Shown here in pieces: positions 39,310 through 53,228 of a stretch of 64,000 nt of DNA; position 1 is the first letter of the stretch; each line of letters opens with the position of its first letter. Source of the DNA: Hypanus sabinus. Its lineage: Eukaryota. The notes beneath the pieces were generated by a model. It had not been told where the DNA came from. It searched no databases and saw only the letters and a program-made list of their open reading frames with translations. The stretch lies in NCBI RefSeq assembly GCF_030144855.1, contig NC_082731.1:21266001-21330000 (forward strand), written 5' to 3'. The translations under genes and the position numbers were made by a program.

Positions 39310-40948
39310 CCGTGGTATGGAAAATTTGGGCACGCCTGGTCAAAATATCCGTTACAGTGAATAGCTAGGCGGGTAAAAGATAACCTGATTTCCAACAGGC
39401 ATAAAGTTAACGATGACGCACTTCTTTCATATTTTCAGCAGGATTATTTAATTATTTCCATCTTTTATGTTTCCAAATAACAACCAGGAAAAGGGCCCGA
39501 AGAAAAAGTTTGGGCACCCTACATTGTCAGTAATTAGCACAATTCCCCTTTGTCAAGTATCACAGCTTGTAAACGCTTTATGTAACCAGTTAAGATTCTT
39601 TCAATTCTTGTTTGGCGGATATTTCCCAATCTTCTTTGCAAAACGCTTCTGGTTCTGCGGGATTATTTGGCCGTCTTGCATGCGCTGCTCTTTTGAGGTC
39701 TATCCACAGAATTTCGACGATGTTCATGTCGCGGTACTGTGAGGTCCAGGGCAAAAGTTTCGGTTGCATCTCCAGTGGTAGTCCATTGTGGATTTTGAGT
39801 TATATTTTGAATCATTATCCTGTTGTAGAAGCCATCTTCTATTCAGCTACAGCGTCTTTTTTTTTTATATAATCGGTGCGATATTTGCTTTCAGAATTTG
39901 CTGGTATTTAATTGAATTCTTTCTTCACTCGACCAGTGGAATGTTTCCCGTGCCGCTGGTTGCAACAGAGGTCCAAAGCATGATCGATCCAGCTCCGTCC
40001 TTATCAGTTTGGATAGGTTTTTTTTTCATGGATTTCTGCACATTTTCTCTCCACCCATACCTTTGCTCATTGCGACCAAAACGTTCTATTTTAACTTCAT
40101 CACTACACAGGACTAGTTTCTAAAATGTATCAGGCTTGTTAGATGTTTCTTTGCATACTTATAATGCTGAATCTTGTGGTGAAGACAGAAGCAAGGTTTT
40201 CTTCTGATGACTCTTCCATGAAGGTCATATTTGTGCGAGTGTGGCTACACAGTAGAGCAGTGCACCACCAAAGCAGAGTATGCTAAATCTTCCTGAAGGA
40301 CTTTTGCAGTGAAACAAGGGTGTTGATTTGCTGTTCTAGCAATCTTACCAGTAGCTCTTTCAGAAAGTTTTTTTGGTCTTGTAGACCTCACCTTGACCTC
40401 CACCGTTCCTGCTAACTGCTATTTCTTCATTTCATTACGAACTGAAGAAGCGGTTACCGGAAAAGGCATTGCTGTCTTGTTATAGCCTGCTCCAGCTTTT
40501 GGGGCATCATTTATTTTAATGTTGAGAGTTTTTTTCAATTTTTATAATTTATTTTAATTTTCTGGCCAGCTGCTTAGAGGAGCCCATGGCTGTTGATTGC
40601 TGGACCAAGTTTTGAGGAGTCAGGGTATTTATAAAGGTTGATCTTTGCATCACATGCCCTCTCCTAACTATGACTGTCAACAAGCCATAGCCCTAACAAG
40701 CTAATTAAGGATTAAGAGCTTGGCAAATGTTACCTGAAAGCTCAAATCTCTTGGGGTGCCCTAACATTTACATGAAGCTAATTCCATTTTTAACTCTAAA
40801 TTTGTACAAAATGCGCAATTAATATGTTGAAAATAAGTTTTCATCTTTAACTTTATGCCTTTTGGAGATCAGTTCATCTTCCACTCAGTTAACTGTTCAG
40901 AGTAACAGAGGTTTTGAACAGGGACACGCAAACCTTTGCATAACATTG
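39310..40948 (-). mobile_element. Degraded Tc1-like transposon with long TIRs and TA flanks
   Basis: Ends CCGTGGTATGGAAAATTTGGGCAC / CAATGTTATGCAAAGGTTTGCGTG align for over 100 bp; TA at 39308-39309 and 40949-40950; 'VLCSDEVKIERFG' and 'LQQDNDSK' on the minus strand. Confidence 0.85.
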
Positions 40949-43900
40949 TATGCAGGCCCTTGTCAGGTCGAACTAAGCTGCGTTCTGACCGGCTCTCCAT
41001 ACGGGGTATCAATCTGCAGAGGCCTCCACAGACTAGAACGCAGAGTTCCAGAACTTTAGTAGGGAGCACATGTTTGTGTTCAGCCAGGCTTTCAAGTTGA
41101 ACGGTGAAAAAGCATACCAGATGTCCCAGCGTCTTCGTCACAATTTTTTCCGTATCTTGTGATATTTTCAGATATGTTCCTGGTTTTTCATTCCTTTTTT
41201 TTTTGCGGGTGGCCACCTGGCTCATCAGAAAGTTCATTCGTTCAAACTAGACCTGAATCATTAAAGTGGATGTCATGATTTTGGACACATGCTGTCGTTT
41301 CTCATGTAGGCCTTCTTCTTTGGATAGGAAAAACCCTACGATAAACGAATCCTGCAACATTTGTTATCATGCTACCCTATCACATTGCGTTCCTGTGGTA
41401 GAGGGCACACGACAGAGTGTGACATAAGAACGCCATTGACACTTTCATCGACAGTCTTTCTGCAATTTTGCAATCATCCTTAATTTTGCAATTACGCCAG
41501 GCGTTCTGTCAACAGGAATAATACTGCTGGGACATCAATCTGCAACACATATTTGGTGTTTCCGATGATAGGCGAAATGTTTAAATAAATGCAACCGGTC
41601 GTTCACTAACAGCAGTTAAGGATTGTTTTATTTTCTTCTTTCCATTTACTTCGGGATGTCCCTGGGCTACTGGATCGAATTCACTTTGGATATCTAAAAG
41701 AAATACAAGGAGTATATTCTAACAGTATTTGGGTGAAATAGAATAAGGAGATTACACAGTGATTTTACTATGAAAGACTGAAGATTTTTCCGGGACGAGC
41801 TAGTCTGTGGAGTTCAAATTCTGCAAACAGAATTGCTACCTTCCACTCCCAAAGCAGTATGGGGGTTAGTAGAGAAATGATGGGCAGGATATACCCGAAA
41901 AAGGGTTTTGCTGGGACTGAATTTACGATTGGTGAAATTTCACATCCATATGATGGATCATGATATTCATCACCACACACTCTCATTTTCCAGCTGTTTT
42001 GGCACAAGCCTGTGCTGTTATCTTTTGTATGTCACCATCCTTAACGATTTACGGAGATGTACAGACACTGCCCTTCCAAGATCCATTTGATATCCAATTT
42101 TACATACGTAAGGAAATCTAACATCAGATGAAAAGTGGCATCTGGTGCCCCGGAAATTGTTTATGTTGCGTATTTTGTTCAATGAATGAGGTTATATCCA
42201 CAATATATTGTGATAATTTCGTTGGTTAGAGTCGCCCACTTTTCGTGATCCTCGCCGCTATACCTAACCCTTTCGGAGCTTCTGCTCCGTGCACCTATGA
42301 AGAGAGCTAATTTAAGATCTCACAGAGTCCGGTCCTTCCAACGCCCTGCAACACAGCACACTCCCTGGCATAGAGATACAGAGCTGCGCCTGACACGACC
42401 ACAATGATATATTTAACTCAGCCATATTGCTCTTTTCTGTGCACATCAGTGATCCTCAGCGCACGTTTTCGATACAGCCATATTCACCCTGACTGAAGAC
42501 GCTGGGTCGCCACTGGGAATCTACTTTGAACTAAGGGCGTTAAAAGTTCACCACCAATGTGAACAATCACTGTAAAATTTTGTCATTCCTCTCTTGTAGT
42601 GGTTGACAAAACTCCTGTATAGTGCACTACAGCTAATAGTTATCGAACATATATAAAGCATGGAGTATTTCTGAGTATTACTACAAACAATTTCCTGAGA
42701 TCATTGGATATCTTGTGCTGATTATTGCCTTTTTTTGTAAAACGGTTATCCGAAGTGTGAGATGGAAATTGAAAGGCGTGTTGTAAATTTTGGTCTCTGT
42801 TCTGAGTCATGCAGACTTCGATTGTTTTCTTTGCATTGTCTGAAAAGACAAGACATAATGTATGTTGAGCGTTGCAGTTTTAATTGTCTCTTCCGGTACT
42901 GTCAGCTCGTTGAATGCACCCAGCAACTTATTCATGAAAAACCGGTCTCTGCGAACCTGTTTAATCGTAACCTCGTCATACATCACGATATAACGATCTC
43001 CTGCCTTAACCAACCTTGTTTCCCATTTTCATGTTAAACATAATAAATCTCGAAGGCATCCCGCGATTATGTTAATCCGTAGAAAGCCGTATCGTCAGTT
43101 GAGTTAAAGTGGTTAACTGGAGCAATGAAATGAGTGTTAGCTGTATTTTTTTTTTAATAGCGACAGTTTATTCGAAGTCGGCGCGTTATTGGTGCTTGGG
43201 CCATAAATCTTCTTGCCTAGAAACTGGAGAATTTTACATTAGAAACGGAAATCTCGTTTCTGATGAAGTGTACCCGCAGCCGTTGGATTCCATGAAAACA
43301 TCACACATGATTTTACCGAACTTCCTGTTTAATGCAACCGAAATATAAAAGACCCTGAAAAGCAAGTTTCCGGATCTTCGCCTTCAATCAGAATGGGACG
43401 ACAGCATGTTATCAAAATATGCCCAAGGACTGAAAGTGAAATTCGGCATTACAATTTGTCATTAAAAACTGAATTTTTAAAGTTCTTATTGTTCAACGTC
43501 CTTCAACGAAAGATTTGCAATCGAAATATACATCTGCACCTAAAATCTACTTCCCAGGAGCTGCCTCGTTTGATGCATTGTTTTTCATAGACGCATAAAC
43601 GTTTAGTTCCATCTTTTCCCTTTTAATTATATAATCATTAGATAATGAAATCAGAATAAGCTTAAGGCATTTTTCATTGATTCTCATGGCGAGAAATGTT
43701 TTTCTTTGTTGCAAGCAGTGCAGCGAAAAACAAAACTTTGGAATAAACTGCAAAATAACATTCCTCCTCACATTATATATGAAGTAACAACCACTTATTC
43801 TTCATAGTTGCATCATTTCCCCAATACAGGATACAGCCTTTCTATTCTATCTTGATCTGTCAGTGTTCTGTAGATTTCAAGGAGATTTCCCGCCTGCTCC

Positions 43901-44989
43901 CATTCTCCACGCCCCCCACCCCTCCACGGATATTCTTCTCAACTCCATCGATTACGGCCTAATGCCTTGCAATGTACCTCGTATGTTAAGATTTCATTCT
44001 CAGGGTCACTCATGTTAACTCCCTCTGTTCAAAGAGTGATCTTTTCCAATTCCTCCATACTCTTTTTAGAGAAAGAGCAAAAACCCGTTCATATTTCTCC
44101 AGGTACTCACGGGGATCGTCATGGATCGTTGGATTGACAGACACCTATTAGTCCTCCCGTCGTGCAGACTCTGAATATGTTCTATGGTTCATAACTGCCA
44201 CGTGCAAATAATTGTTTTTGTTAAATTTCATCAAGACAAAAAAGATGCTGGTTTGCAATGTAAATCACAATTTCGGCAACCGTAGGACACTTTGATCAAC
44301 AGTTGATTCTGCGGTGATTTTTTTTTACGTGTCATCAGAAAGTACAGATGGTGCAGATTATCCGCTGTTATTTTCTCAACTGCCTTTTCAGCACCACCCT
44401 TTAATCGCTAAATGTACTAGAACGACTAATATAATTCTTTTTTTTTTGGTAGCTATGAAGAAGATGGATGTAAACGTCAACATACTTAATCAATGAACTG
44501 GATACTCCTGTAAGTTAGAACAATAGCAAACACATTGGTGGTACACAGGGATCGTGCTACCCGACACAGAGCTGGCTTTAACGCATCCTGATGTCTGTGA
44601 AGTGAACATTCTTATATATTACGAGAATCTTCACACAGTGTTCCAAACACCCGACGCGTCCGTAATTTTCCACAAAACAGAAAAAAATATATAAATGTTA
44701 ATAGACACTATCTCATGCTGCATGAAATAATGAATACGTCCATACGAATGGCACATTTCACATAATGTGGATTTTTGAACATAATTTTAATAACGGGAAT
44801 TAATTATACTACACAAAGATAACCTGCAAACATGTTGCTTCACTAACAAAAGTGTGACACAACCAGACGCTGTTTGTAATTTCATTGAAATTTCTCTTTG
44901 TGACGTCCATTTTTTTTTTTCGTTTTGTCTTCTACAATATGAAATCCCCTGTCACCACTACTCGGCTCTTGCCCCCTTTCCCTTCTAAG

Positions 44990-45360
44990 TCATAGAAGCA
45001 GATTCAGTCCCAGTGTCCTGAGCGCTGAGACGTTCTTCAACTGGTTAATCCTGCCCTCACCTCACAACAGTAACTAAAGTGATTAACCTGTTGTTGACGA
45101 CGATGTCCACAAGGGTACTGTTTAACCCCTCTCGTCTTCCTGACGAACACCCAGCTTCCCGTGCTCTGCACCCGGAATACAACCACGTCATTGTATGACA
45201 TATCTGTCACGAACCCGCATTCCATAGATGATCAAGAGTTCATCCTATTTCAGCTCCAGCTCCCCGAAGTGGATTGTTTGAAGCTGCAGTTGGATTACAT
45301 TCGCAGGTGAATTCGCCAGGGGCAGAGGATGTCACCCTCCTTTACCGCATCCCGCAAAAG
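44990..45360 (-). mobile_element. Degraded CR1 ORF1 5' fragment
   Basis: The reverse complement resembles the 'QLQ...RELEL' zinc finger/leucine zipper region at 46170..46358. Confidence 0.5.
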
Positions 45361-45652
45361 GAGTTTTCATCTATCCTGCCTGAAACCCCACTATTTGATC
45401 TCTGCAATGACAATGAAGGAAAGCAGTACATATATTAAGGGATAAATCTATTTGTTGTTTTGTAGTGGAAACACATGTACAGATATTGCACAAGAAACTC
45501 GGATATCATCTGTTGTGACGTTATAACTTTTTTTTTGTTTTCTCTACTGTCATCCCCAGCATCAACTCAATGGTCCCATCTGTCCGCGGACAGTCGTACA
45601 AGTTGTGTCCAGGTGCAGTGCATCTTAGAAGATCCTGACTCTTCTAGGGATC

Positions 45653-46002
45653 AATCGGGAGCAAGTTACAGCTTGTGATTCAGCTGGGAGCTCAGAGAAT
45701 TCGACCGTGTACGTAGGATTTAAGCGTGCCTGGTCAATACCTGTGGAGGAGGGGGAACTGCGCAGGCGCGAGTGACGTCAGCGTCGAGCGCGCACTTTCA
45801 AAGGCAGGACTTCTTGTCAGAGTGGTCGCTTGAATCGGGAGCAAGTTACAGCTTGTGATTCAGCTGGGAGCTCAGAGAATTCGACCGTGTACGTAGGATT
45901 TAAGCCTACCTGGTCAATACCTGTGGAGGAGGGGGAACTGCGCAGGCGCGAGTGACGTCAGCGTCGAGCGCGCACTTTAAGAGGCAGGACTTCTTGTCAG
46001 AG
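45653..46002 (+). repeat. 180-bp tandem duplication spanning the CR1 5' end
   Basis: Units start at 45653 and 45833 and are nearly identical. Confidence 0.95.
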
Positions 46003-49000
46003 CGGGCAGCGTCGAGCGGGCAGCGGAGTCCGTGGAAGCAGAGTCCTGGGCTTTGGCTAAGTGGGCTTCGGCGTAAGGGGACTTCTGTAAGGCTGTGTGA
46101 TTGCTCGCTGAGGGGAAGAATGTAAGGTCGCTAGGTGCTTTTTAGACATTCCATTAATTCAGTTCAGGTATGGGGGAGACAGTCAGAGCAGTGGTGTGCT
46201 CCGTATGCAGTATGTGGGAAGTCAGGGTCAACACAATTGTCCCTGATGACCACACCTGCAAGAGGTGCGTCCAGCTGCAGCTCCTATCAGCCCGAGTTAG
46301 GGAGTTGGAGCTGGAGCTGGATGAACTACGGATCATTCGGGAGGAAGAGGCAAGATAGATAGGGGTTATCAGGAGGTAGTCACACCAAAGAACCAAGATT
46401 TAGGCAGATGGGTGACGGTCCAGAGAGGCAGGGGGAGCAGGCAGAGAGAGCAGAGCACCCCTGCGGCCATTCCCATTAACAATAAGTATACCGTACTGGA
46501 TACTGTTGATGGGGATGGCCTACCAGGAATGAGTTGCAGTGCTCCTGCCTCTGGCACAGAGGTTGAACCCTCAACTAGAAAGGGGAGGAGGGAAGAGAAG
46601 AGAGCGATAGTTTTAGGGGATTCTATAGTTAGGGGGGCAGATAGGAGATTTTGTGGGGTAGATCGGGAGTCTCGGATGGTATGTTGCCTCCCTGGTGCCA
46701 GGGTCCGGGACATCTCAGATCGGGTGCAGGCTATTCTTGAGAACGAGGGCATGAAACCAAATGTAGTTGTCCATGCAGGGACCAACGATATAGGTAAGGT
46801 GAGTGAGGAGGTCCTGCTTGGAGAGTTCAGGGAGTTAGGAGTGAAGCTGAAAAGCAGGACCTCCAGGGTGACAATCTCGGGATTGCTACCTGTGCCACGT
46901 GTGAGTGAGGCGAAGAATAGAATGATTATGCACATTAATACGAGGCTGAGAGCATGGTGCAGGAAGGAATGGTTCAGGTTTTTGGATAATTGGTCTTTGT
47001 TCCAGGGACATTGGGATCTGTTTCGAAGGGACGGTCTACATCTGAACCGGAGGGGTACTAGCATTCTTGCAGGAGTGTTTGCCAGTGCTGCTCGGGGGGG
47101 GTTTAAACTAGATGTGCAGGGGGCAGGGATCCAGATCCAGAGGGTTGGTCAGAAGGAGCCTGGGATTAAATGTGTAGAAGGTTTGGGTAATCTTGAGAAG
47201 GTCATCAAAATTCAGGGTGCAATTAGCCCGATGGAAGTTCAAGGAGCTGGGTTAGGTACAGTAGACAGTCTTTTAAGCAAAGAGAGGAGGAATGGGCTAA
47301 GAATTCTATACTTGAATGCACGTAGTGTCAGAAATAAGGCAGATGAGCTTGAAGCTCAGATGAAAATGGGGAACTACGATATTGTTGGGATAACGGAGAC
47401 ATGGCTGCAAGGGGATCAGGCCTGGGAATTGAGTGTACCAGGGTATACGTGCTATCGTAGAGACAGAAATATGGGAAGAGGGGGTGGGGTGGCCCTGTTG
47501 GTGAGGAACGAGATTCAGTCCTTAGCAAGAGGTGACTTGGGAACAGGGGAAGTAGAGTCTGTGTAGATTGAGCTGAGGAACAGTAAGGGTAAAAAGACCC
47601 TAATGGGTGTTTTGTACAGGCCCCCAAACACTAGCGTGGATATTGTGTACAAGTTGATTAGGGAGTTAACAGTGGCATGTGCTAAAGGTAATGGAGTCGT
47701 TATGGGAGATTTCAACATGCAGGTGAACTGGGAGAATCAGGTAGGTGCTGGACCCCAGGATAGGGAGTTTGTGGAGTGTCTAAGGGATGTATTTTTGGAA
47801 CAGCTTGTGCTTGAGCCAACCAGGAACGAGGCTATTTTGGACTTGGTGATGTGTAATGAACATGAATTGTTAAGCGATCTTGAAGTAAAGGAGCCATTAG
47901 GAAGTAGTGATCATAACATGATAAGTTTTTATCTACAATTTGAGAGGGATAATGGCAGATCAGAGGTGTCAGTGTTGCAATTAAATAAAGGAGACTACGG
48001 AGACATGAGGGAAGAGCTGGCCAAAGTTAAATGGGCGGATGCCCTGGCAGGAAATACAGTGGATCAGCAGTGACAGATATTCTTGGGCATAATACAAAAG
48101 ATGCAGAAGCAGTTCATTCCAATGAGAAGGAAGGATTCAAAGAGGGGGAAGGGGCCACAGTGGTTGACAAAGGAAGTCAGAGATTGTATAGCATTAAAGA
48201 ATAAGAAGTGTTAAGATGAGTGGGAATACAGATGATTGGGATAGTTTTAAGGAGCAACAGATCTTAACTAAAGAAGCAATACGGAGAGAAAAAATCAGGT
48301 ATGAGCGCAGTCTAGCCAGGAATATAAAAGGGGATAGCAAAAGCTTTTTTAGCTATGTGAAGAGAAAGAAGATAGTTAAGAACAATGTTGGCCACTTGAA
48401 GAATGAATTGGGAGAAATTGTTATGGGAAACCGGGAAATGGCAACAGAATTTAATGCGTACTTTAGATCTGTCCTCACCACGGAGGACACAAGCAATATC
48501 CCAGATGTATGGATGGGCCAGCGTCATAAGATATCAGAGGAATTGAGACAGATTGACATTAGGAAAGAAACTGTGATGAGTAGACTGGTAGGACTGAAGG
48601 CTAATAAATCCCCGGGTCCAGATGGTCTGCATCTGTGGGTTCTACAAGAGGTGTCTCAGGAAATTGCGGATGCTTTGGTCATCATTTTCCAATGTTCCTT
48701 AGATTCAGGATTAGTTCCTGAAGGTTGGAGAGTGGCTAATGTTATCCCACTATTCAAGAAGGGAGGGAAGGAGAAAACGGAGAACTAACGTCAGTCGTGG
48801 GGAAGATGCTTGAGTCCATTATTAAGGACGAAATAGTGGCAGATCTAGACGGCAGAAATAGGATTAGGCCGAGCCAGCATGGATTTACCAAGGGCAAATC
48901 ATGCTTGACTAAATTGTTGGAGTTTCTTGAGGGTGTAACAAGGATGTTAGACGAGGGTAAGCCAGTGGATGTTGTATACCTAGATTTTCAGAAGGCATTC

Positions 49001-50165
49001 GATAAGGTGCCACATAGGAGATTGGTGAGTAAAATCCGAGCTCATGGCATTGGGGGCAGGGTGTCAACATGGATAGTAAACTGGTTGGCAGATAGAAAGC
49101 AAAGGGTAGCAGTGAATGGGTGTTACTCGGACTGGCTGGATTTGACTAGTGGGGTACCACAGGGCTCTGTATTGGGACCACAGCTCTTTACGATTTATGC
49201 CAATGATTTAGATGAGGGCATTGAAAACTATATCAGCAAGTTTGCTGTCGATACTAAACTGGGTGGCAGTGTGACATGCGAAGAGGAGGTTAGGAGAATA
49301 CAGGGAGGCTTGGATATGCTGGGTGAGTGGGCAGATACTTGGCAGATGTCATTCAATGTGAATAAATGTGAAGTTATCCACTTTGTAATCAGGAACAAGA
49401 GGGCAGAGTATTGTCTGAACGGTGTAGAGATAGGTAAGAGAGAAATGCAAAGAGACCTAGGAGTCCTAGTTCACCAGTCAATGAAGGTGAATGAGCAAGT
49501 GCAACAGGCAGTGAAGAGGGCAAATGGAATGTTGGCCTTTGTTACAAGGGGAATTGAATACAAGAGCAAGGATGTCCTTTTGCATTTGTACAGGGCCCTG
49601 GTGAGACCACACCTGGAATATTGTGTACAGTTTTGGTCTCCAGGTTTAAGGAAGGACATTCTGGCAGTTGAGAAAGTGCAGCGTAGATTCACTAGGTTGA
49701 TTCCTGGGATGGCAGGGCTGTCTCACGCAGAGAAATTGGAGAGATTGGGCTTGTACACGCTAGAATTGAGGAGATTGAGAGGGGATCTGATTGAAACGTT
49801 TAAGATAATTAAAGGATTTGATAGGATTGAGGCAGGAAATATGTTCCAGATGTTGGGAGAGTCCAGTCCCAGAAGGCATGGATTGAGAATAAGTGGTCAG
49901 TTATTTAAAACAGAGTTGAGGAAGAGCTTCTTCTCCCAGAGAGTTGTGCAGGTGTGGAATGCACTACCTCGGAAGACGGTGGAGGCCAATTCTCTGGAAG
50001 CTTTCAAGAAAGAGCTAGATAGATATCTGATGGATAGGGGAATCAAGGGATATGGGGACAAGGGAGGGACTGGGTATTGATAGTGAATGATCAGCCATGA
50101 TCTCAGAATGGCGGTGCAGACTCGTCTGGCCGAATGGTCTACTTCTGCACCTATTGTCTATTAAG
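45930..50165 (+). mobile_element. Near full-length, relatively young CR1 LINE
   Basis: Zinc finger/leucine zipper (46170..46358); SGNH esterase 'IVLGDSIVR...HAGTNDI...DGLHLN'; APE 'LYLNARS...GDFN...GSSDH'; open 427-aa RT segment 48797..50080; only a few stops and frameshifts. Confidence 0.95.
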
Positions 50166-51694
50166 TCTTTGGCGCTTCTCTTCGCGTTTGTATATCACTG
50201 GGATTTTGCAGGATGGGTTGCTAACCTGATATTCGAACTTACTCCTTTTTCAGCTTGGCTTGTGGCCGCCCTTTTCAATTATTTGGGCATTTTGAGTTAG
50301 AGACAATTGAGTAGGGCGGCACAACAGCCGTGCTCAAAACACCTGTGCTGAACACAATACGAAAAACAATGAAAATACTATTCTATGCACCTGATCTATA
50401 TCGGTGCATCTCTGCATGTTCAAGAGGTTTTTTAAGGGCCAAAGGAACACATTATATCTGCTTCCAATTCTATACCTGGATGACGCTAATCAACTTTCTC
50501 CGAACGTAATTTCCTGATTACATACTCTCTTTGATTTCAAACCTCTGTCTTGGGAGAAAAACAGGCAGTCTTTCGTCTCAGGTTTGATAAACTTTGGTCA
50601 CCTCTCTACTCAGGTTTCACGCTCGTGACAAATATTCCAAGTTTGTTCAAATTCTTTTGATTCTTTCAATATTTCGGTAAGCTTCCACATCATTCTTGTA
50701 ATCAGGTGCACATCGGTGCCTTGGTTTTCTGCGCGAAATAGAATACTAAGTGAACATAAAGCGGCAGTAATATGTTTATACATTGACCACGAAAGAGCAA
50801 GAGAAGAGATTTCTCACTTTAATCCATATTTAATAATATCAGTGAAACTGCGATTGAATGGTGCTGACAGGAGACGACACAGTTTTAATCAGCTTCGAAG
50901 TAGGTAAAGAGGAGATGTCAGGGGCAGTTCTCTTTTTTACACAGACTTGTGAGGGCGTGGAATGCGACTCAGGCTAATGTAGTGGGGTCTGATGCGTTAG
51001 GCTCTTTTGACTGACTCCTGGATAGGTACATGGAGCTTTGAAAGGTAGGTTTCTACGGGAAACGCTACCTAATTCTTAAAGTAAGTAGATGTTCGGCAAA
51101 GAATTGGTGGCCGAAGGTCCTGTATTGTGCCGTAAGATTTCAATATTTCCAGTTATACTTACGCTGATGTGCAGAGGCAAACGACTGCTTGGCATGTACA
51201 CAATTCCTGTTCTATCAGCCGCATAACGTTAAAGCTCTGCCCGGCACTATGGACGGAAAAGGAAACCGGTTTAATGAGTGGAAAGCAGCAATATCCATCA
51301 CTATGCCAACATCACCATATTGCTGGATTACTCGATGATTCAGTCATCAGCTTCTGGACTACTGTCTTACTGATCATTCCTCACTGCTGCAGCATCCGTT
51401 CCGTCCAGTTAATGTCACAGCTCCACAGACTGACGTAATTAACTTCAGCCGAAGGGTTCAAACGTCGTGCAAATCTTTGTATGATATTGGATTCACAGTC
51501 GTGAATTCGCATATCCGAAAAGTAGATCTTAGCCCTTACACGATATAAATATATACGAATGGTGAGTTATATATTACCTCTCAATAGCTGATAGTGAGAG
51601 CATATATAGCTCAGAATATCGTATATATCCATATAGGAACATATTGGTAGGTCATACTATATCCTGCAACTCCTCTAAGATGAAATTATTTCCC

Positions 51695-52073
51695 TCATCA
51701 TTGGAGCCTCCCTGCCCTCTATTGCGGACCTGTACTCTTCCAGGTTGAAGAAGGGTGCGGGGAACATCATAGAGGACTCCTTCCATCCTGCGCACGGACT
51801 GCTTCCGTCTGGTAGGCGCATCAGATCTCTCCAGACTAAGACTAATAGGCACTGGAGAAGTTTTTTTTCCCTACTGCGGTCACTTTGCTGAACAGTTAAC
51901 TACCGGTTAACTGTCGGCTAACTATTACTTGGATTGCACTACTTGTATGTATATCAATATTTTCATTTATATTTATCATTATTATTGTTATGAGCAGAGA
52001 GACAACATCTGCCGGAAGTAAAGTCCTTGTATGTGCAGAGGTACTTGGCGATTAAAGTCTGATTCTGATTCTG
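51695..52073 (+). mobile_element. Rex1/Babar 3' fragment, near-identical to 6015-6400
   Basis: Same sequence and same (TCTGAT)n tail. Confidence 0.85.
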
Positions 52074-53194
52074 TGCGACGAAGTTAAAGTGACGGTACCA
52101 ACGGCTTGAATGAGAACATATCCGTCCTCAGCAAATGCGCGACAATTCCAGCCAATAAAGAAACTTAAAAATAAATTCAGATGAAAGATGTTTTATTTCA
52201 GTCAAACAATTCTTACTTTTAGAACTCATAGAAGAAAGTCTTTAAACAATTATTACACATTAAAGAACTTGAAAAGATGTGAAATTCTGCAAAAGATTTC
52301 AAAACACTACTTCAATACTTATAAACTACACGAACATACCAAAGATTTGCAGAGGAACATGTCGTCCTTCCTTGAATCCGTAGATTGAACATCGAATTCG
52401 TGTTGCTGATTATGAATCCCCATCATTCTCCCTGTCCTTAATAATCTAAAACTGTGAGAGTTTTTATACCATTTTCTACACGTTGACGTCAATAATATGT
52501 CACGTTTTCCAGATAATTTAAGTCGGAGAAAGTAACAGTCATACATTGACCAAGACGCTTCTGGCACTAGTGATCCTATTGATCTACAATGAATGCAGTG
52601 AGTACTCATTCCCTGATTGCACAAACAACGCAACTTCTTGCCATGTTTGACGTGCTAATCGAAGCACCGCCATTGACCATCCTTAGCCTACTGGTACCTA
52701 TTCTCCAGGTGATTTTACATTGCACAGCTGTGTCTCAAACTGCACCTTGTTTCTAGTTTACAACTGAATCCAAGAAGAGAACATTTGTTGAAAGTTTAGA
52801 CTTTGCTACTAGCAAATCTCTTTCGAAGTACAATGCAGCTATGCTACAAAGCTGAGTTGAGCAACAGGCCTCTCGGGCTATGGAAAGAAAATATTCATCA
52901 CACCCGAATCTTTGCATTGGGCTGTCCGTTAACTTAATAACTGTCTTTATATAGCTCTGTCTCAAAGTATTTTAACACAGTAATCTATGTGGGCCATACA
53001 GACATAGAGTGATCTTGGTGTTTGTAAAGTTTGCATTCAGAAAGTAAACAAATAGATGACATAGGGAGCCATTGTTTACCAACACAAGACAATCACAGGC
53101 TGTACAGTTTCGACGATTCCTTGTTTAGATAGTGGCTATCCGGCCTTATGCAGCTGGCTTGTCAGCTCCCAATGTGATCTGGAATACTGAATTA

Positions 53195-53196
<2 letters not shown>

Positions 53197-53227
<31 letters not shown>

Positions 53228-53228
53228 C
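53197..53228. repeat. (CAA)n microsatellite
   Basis: Read directly from the sequence. Confidence 0.95.

Noticed and set aside
41755-41761. Isolated CACAGTG heptamers (also 44634-44640, and others inside LINEs)
   Set aside because: No nonamer at 12 or 23 bp and no adjacent D or J coding sequence.
43109-43348. ORF with 'VSC...YW...LVSDEVY' resembling a V relic
   Set aside because: Trp-to-SD spacing is about 25 residues too short, and there is no convincing leader, acceptor or RSS. An HMM search would be needed.
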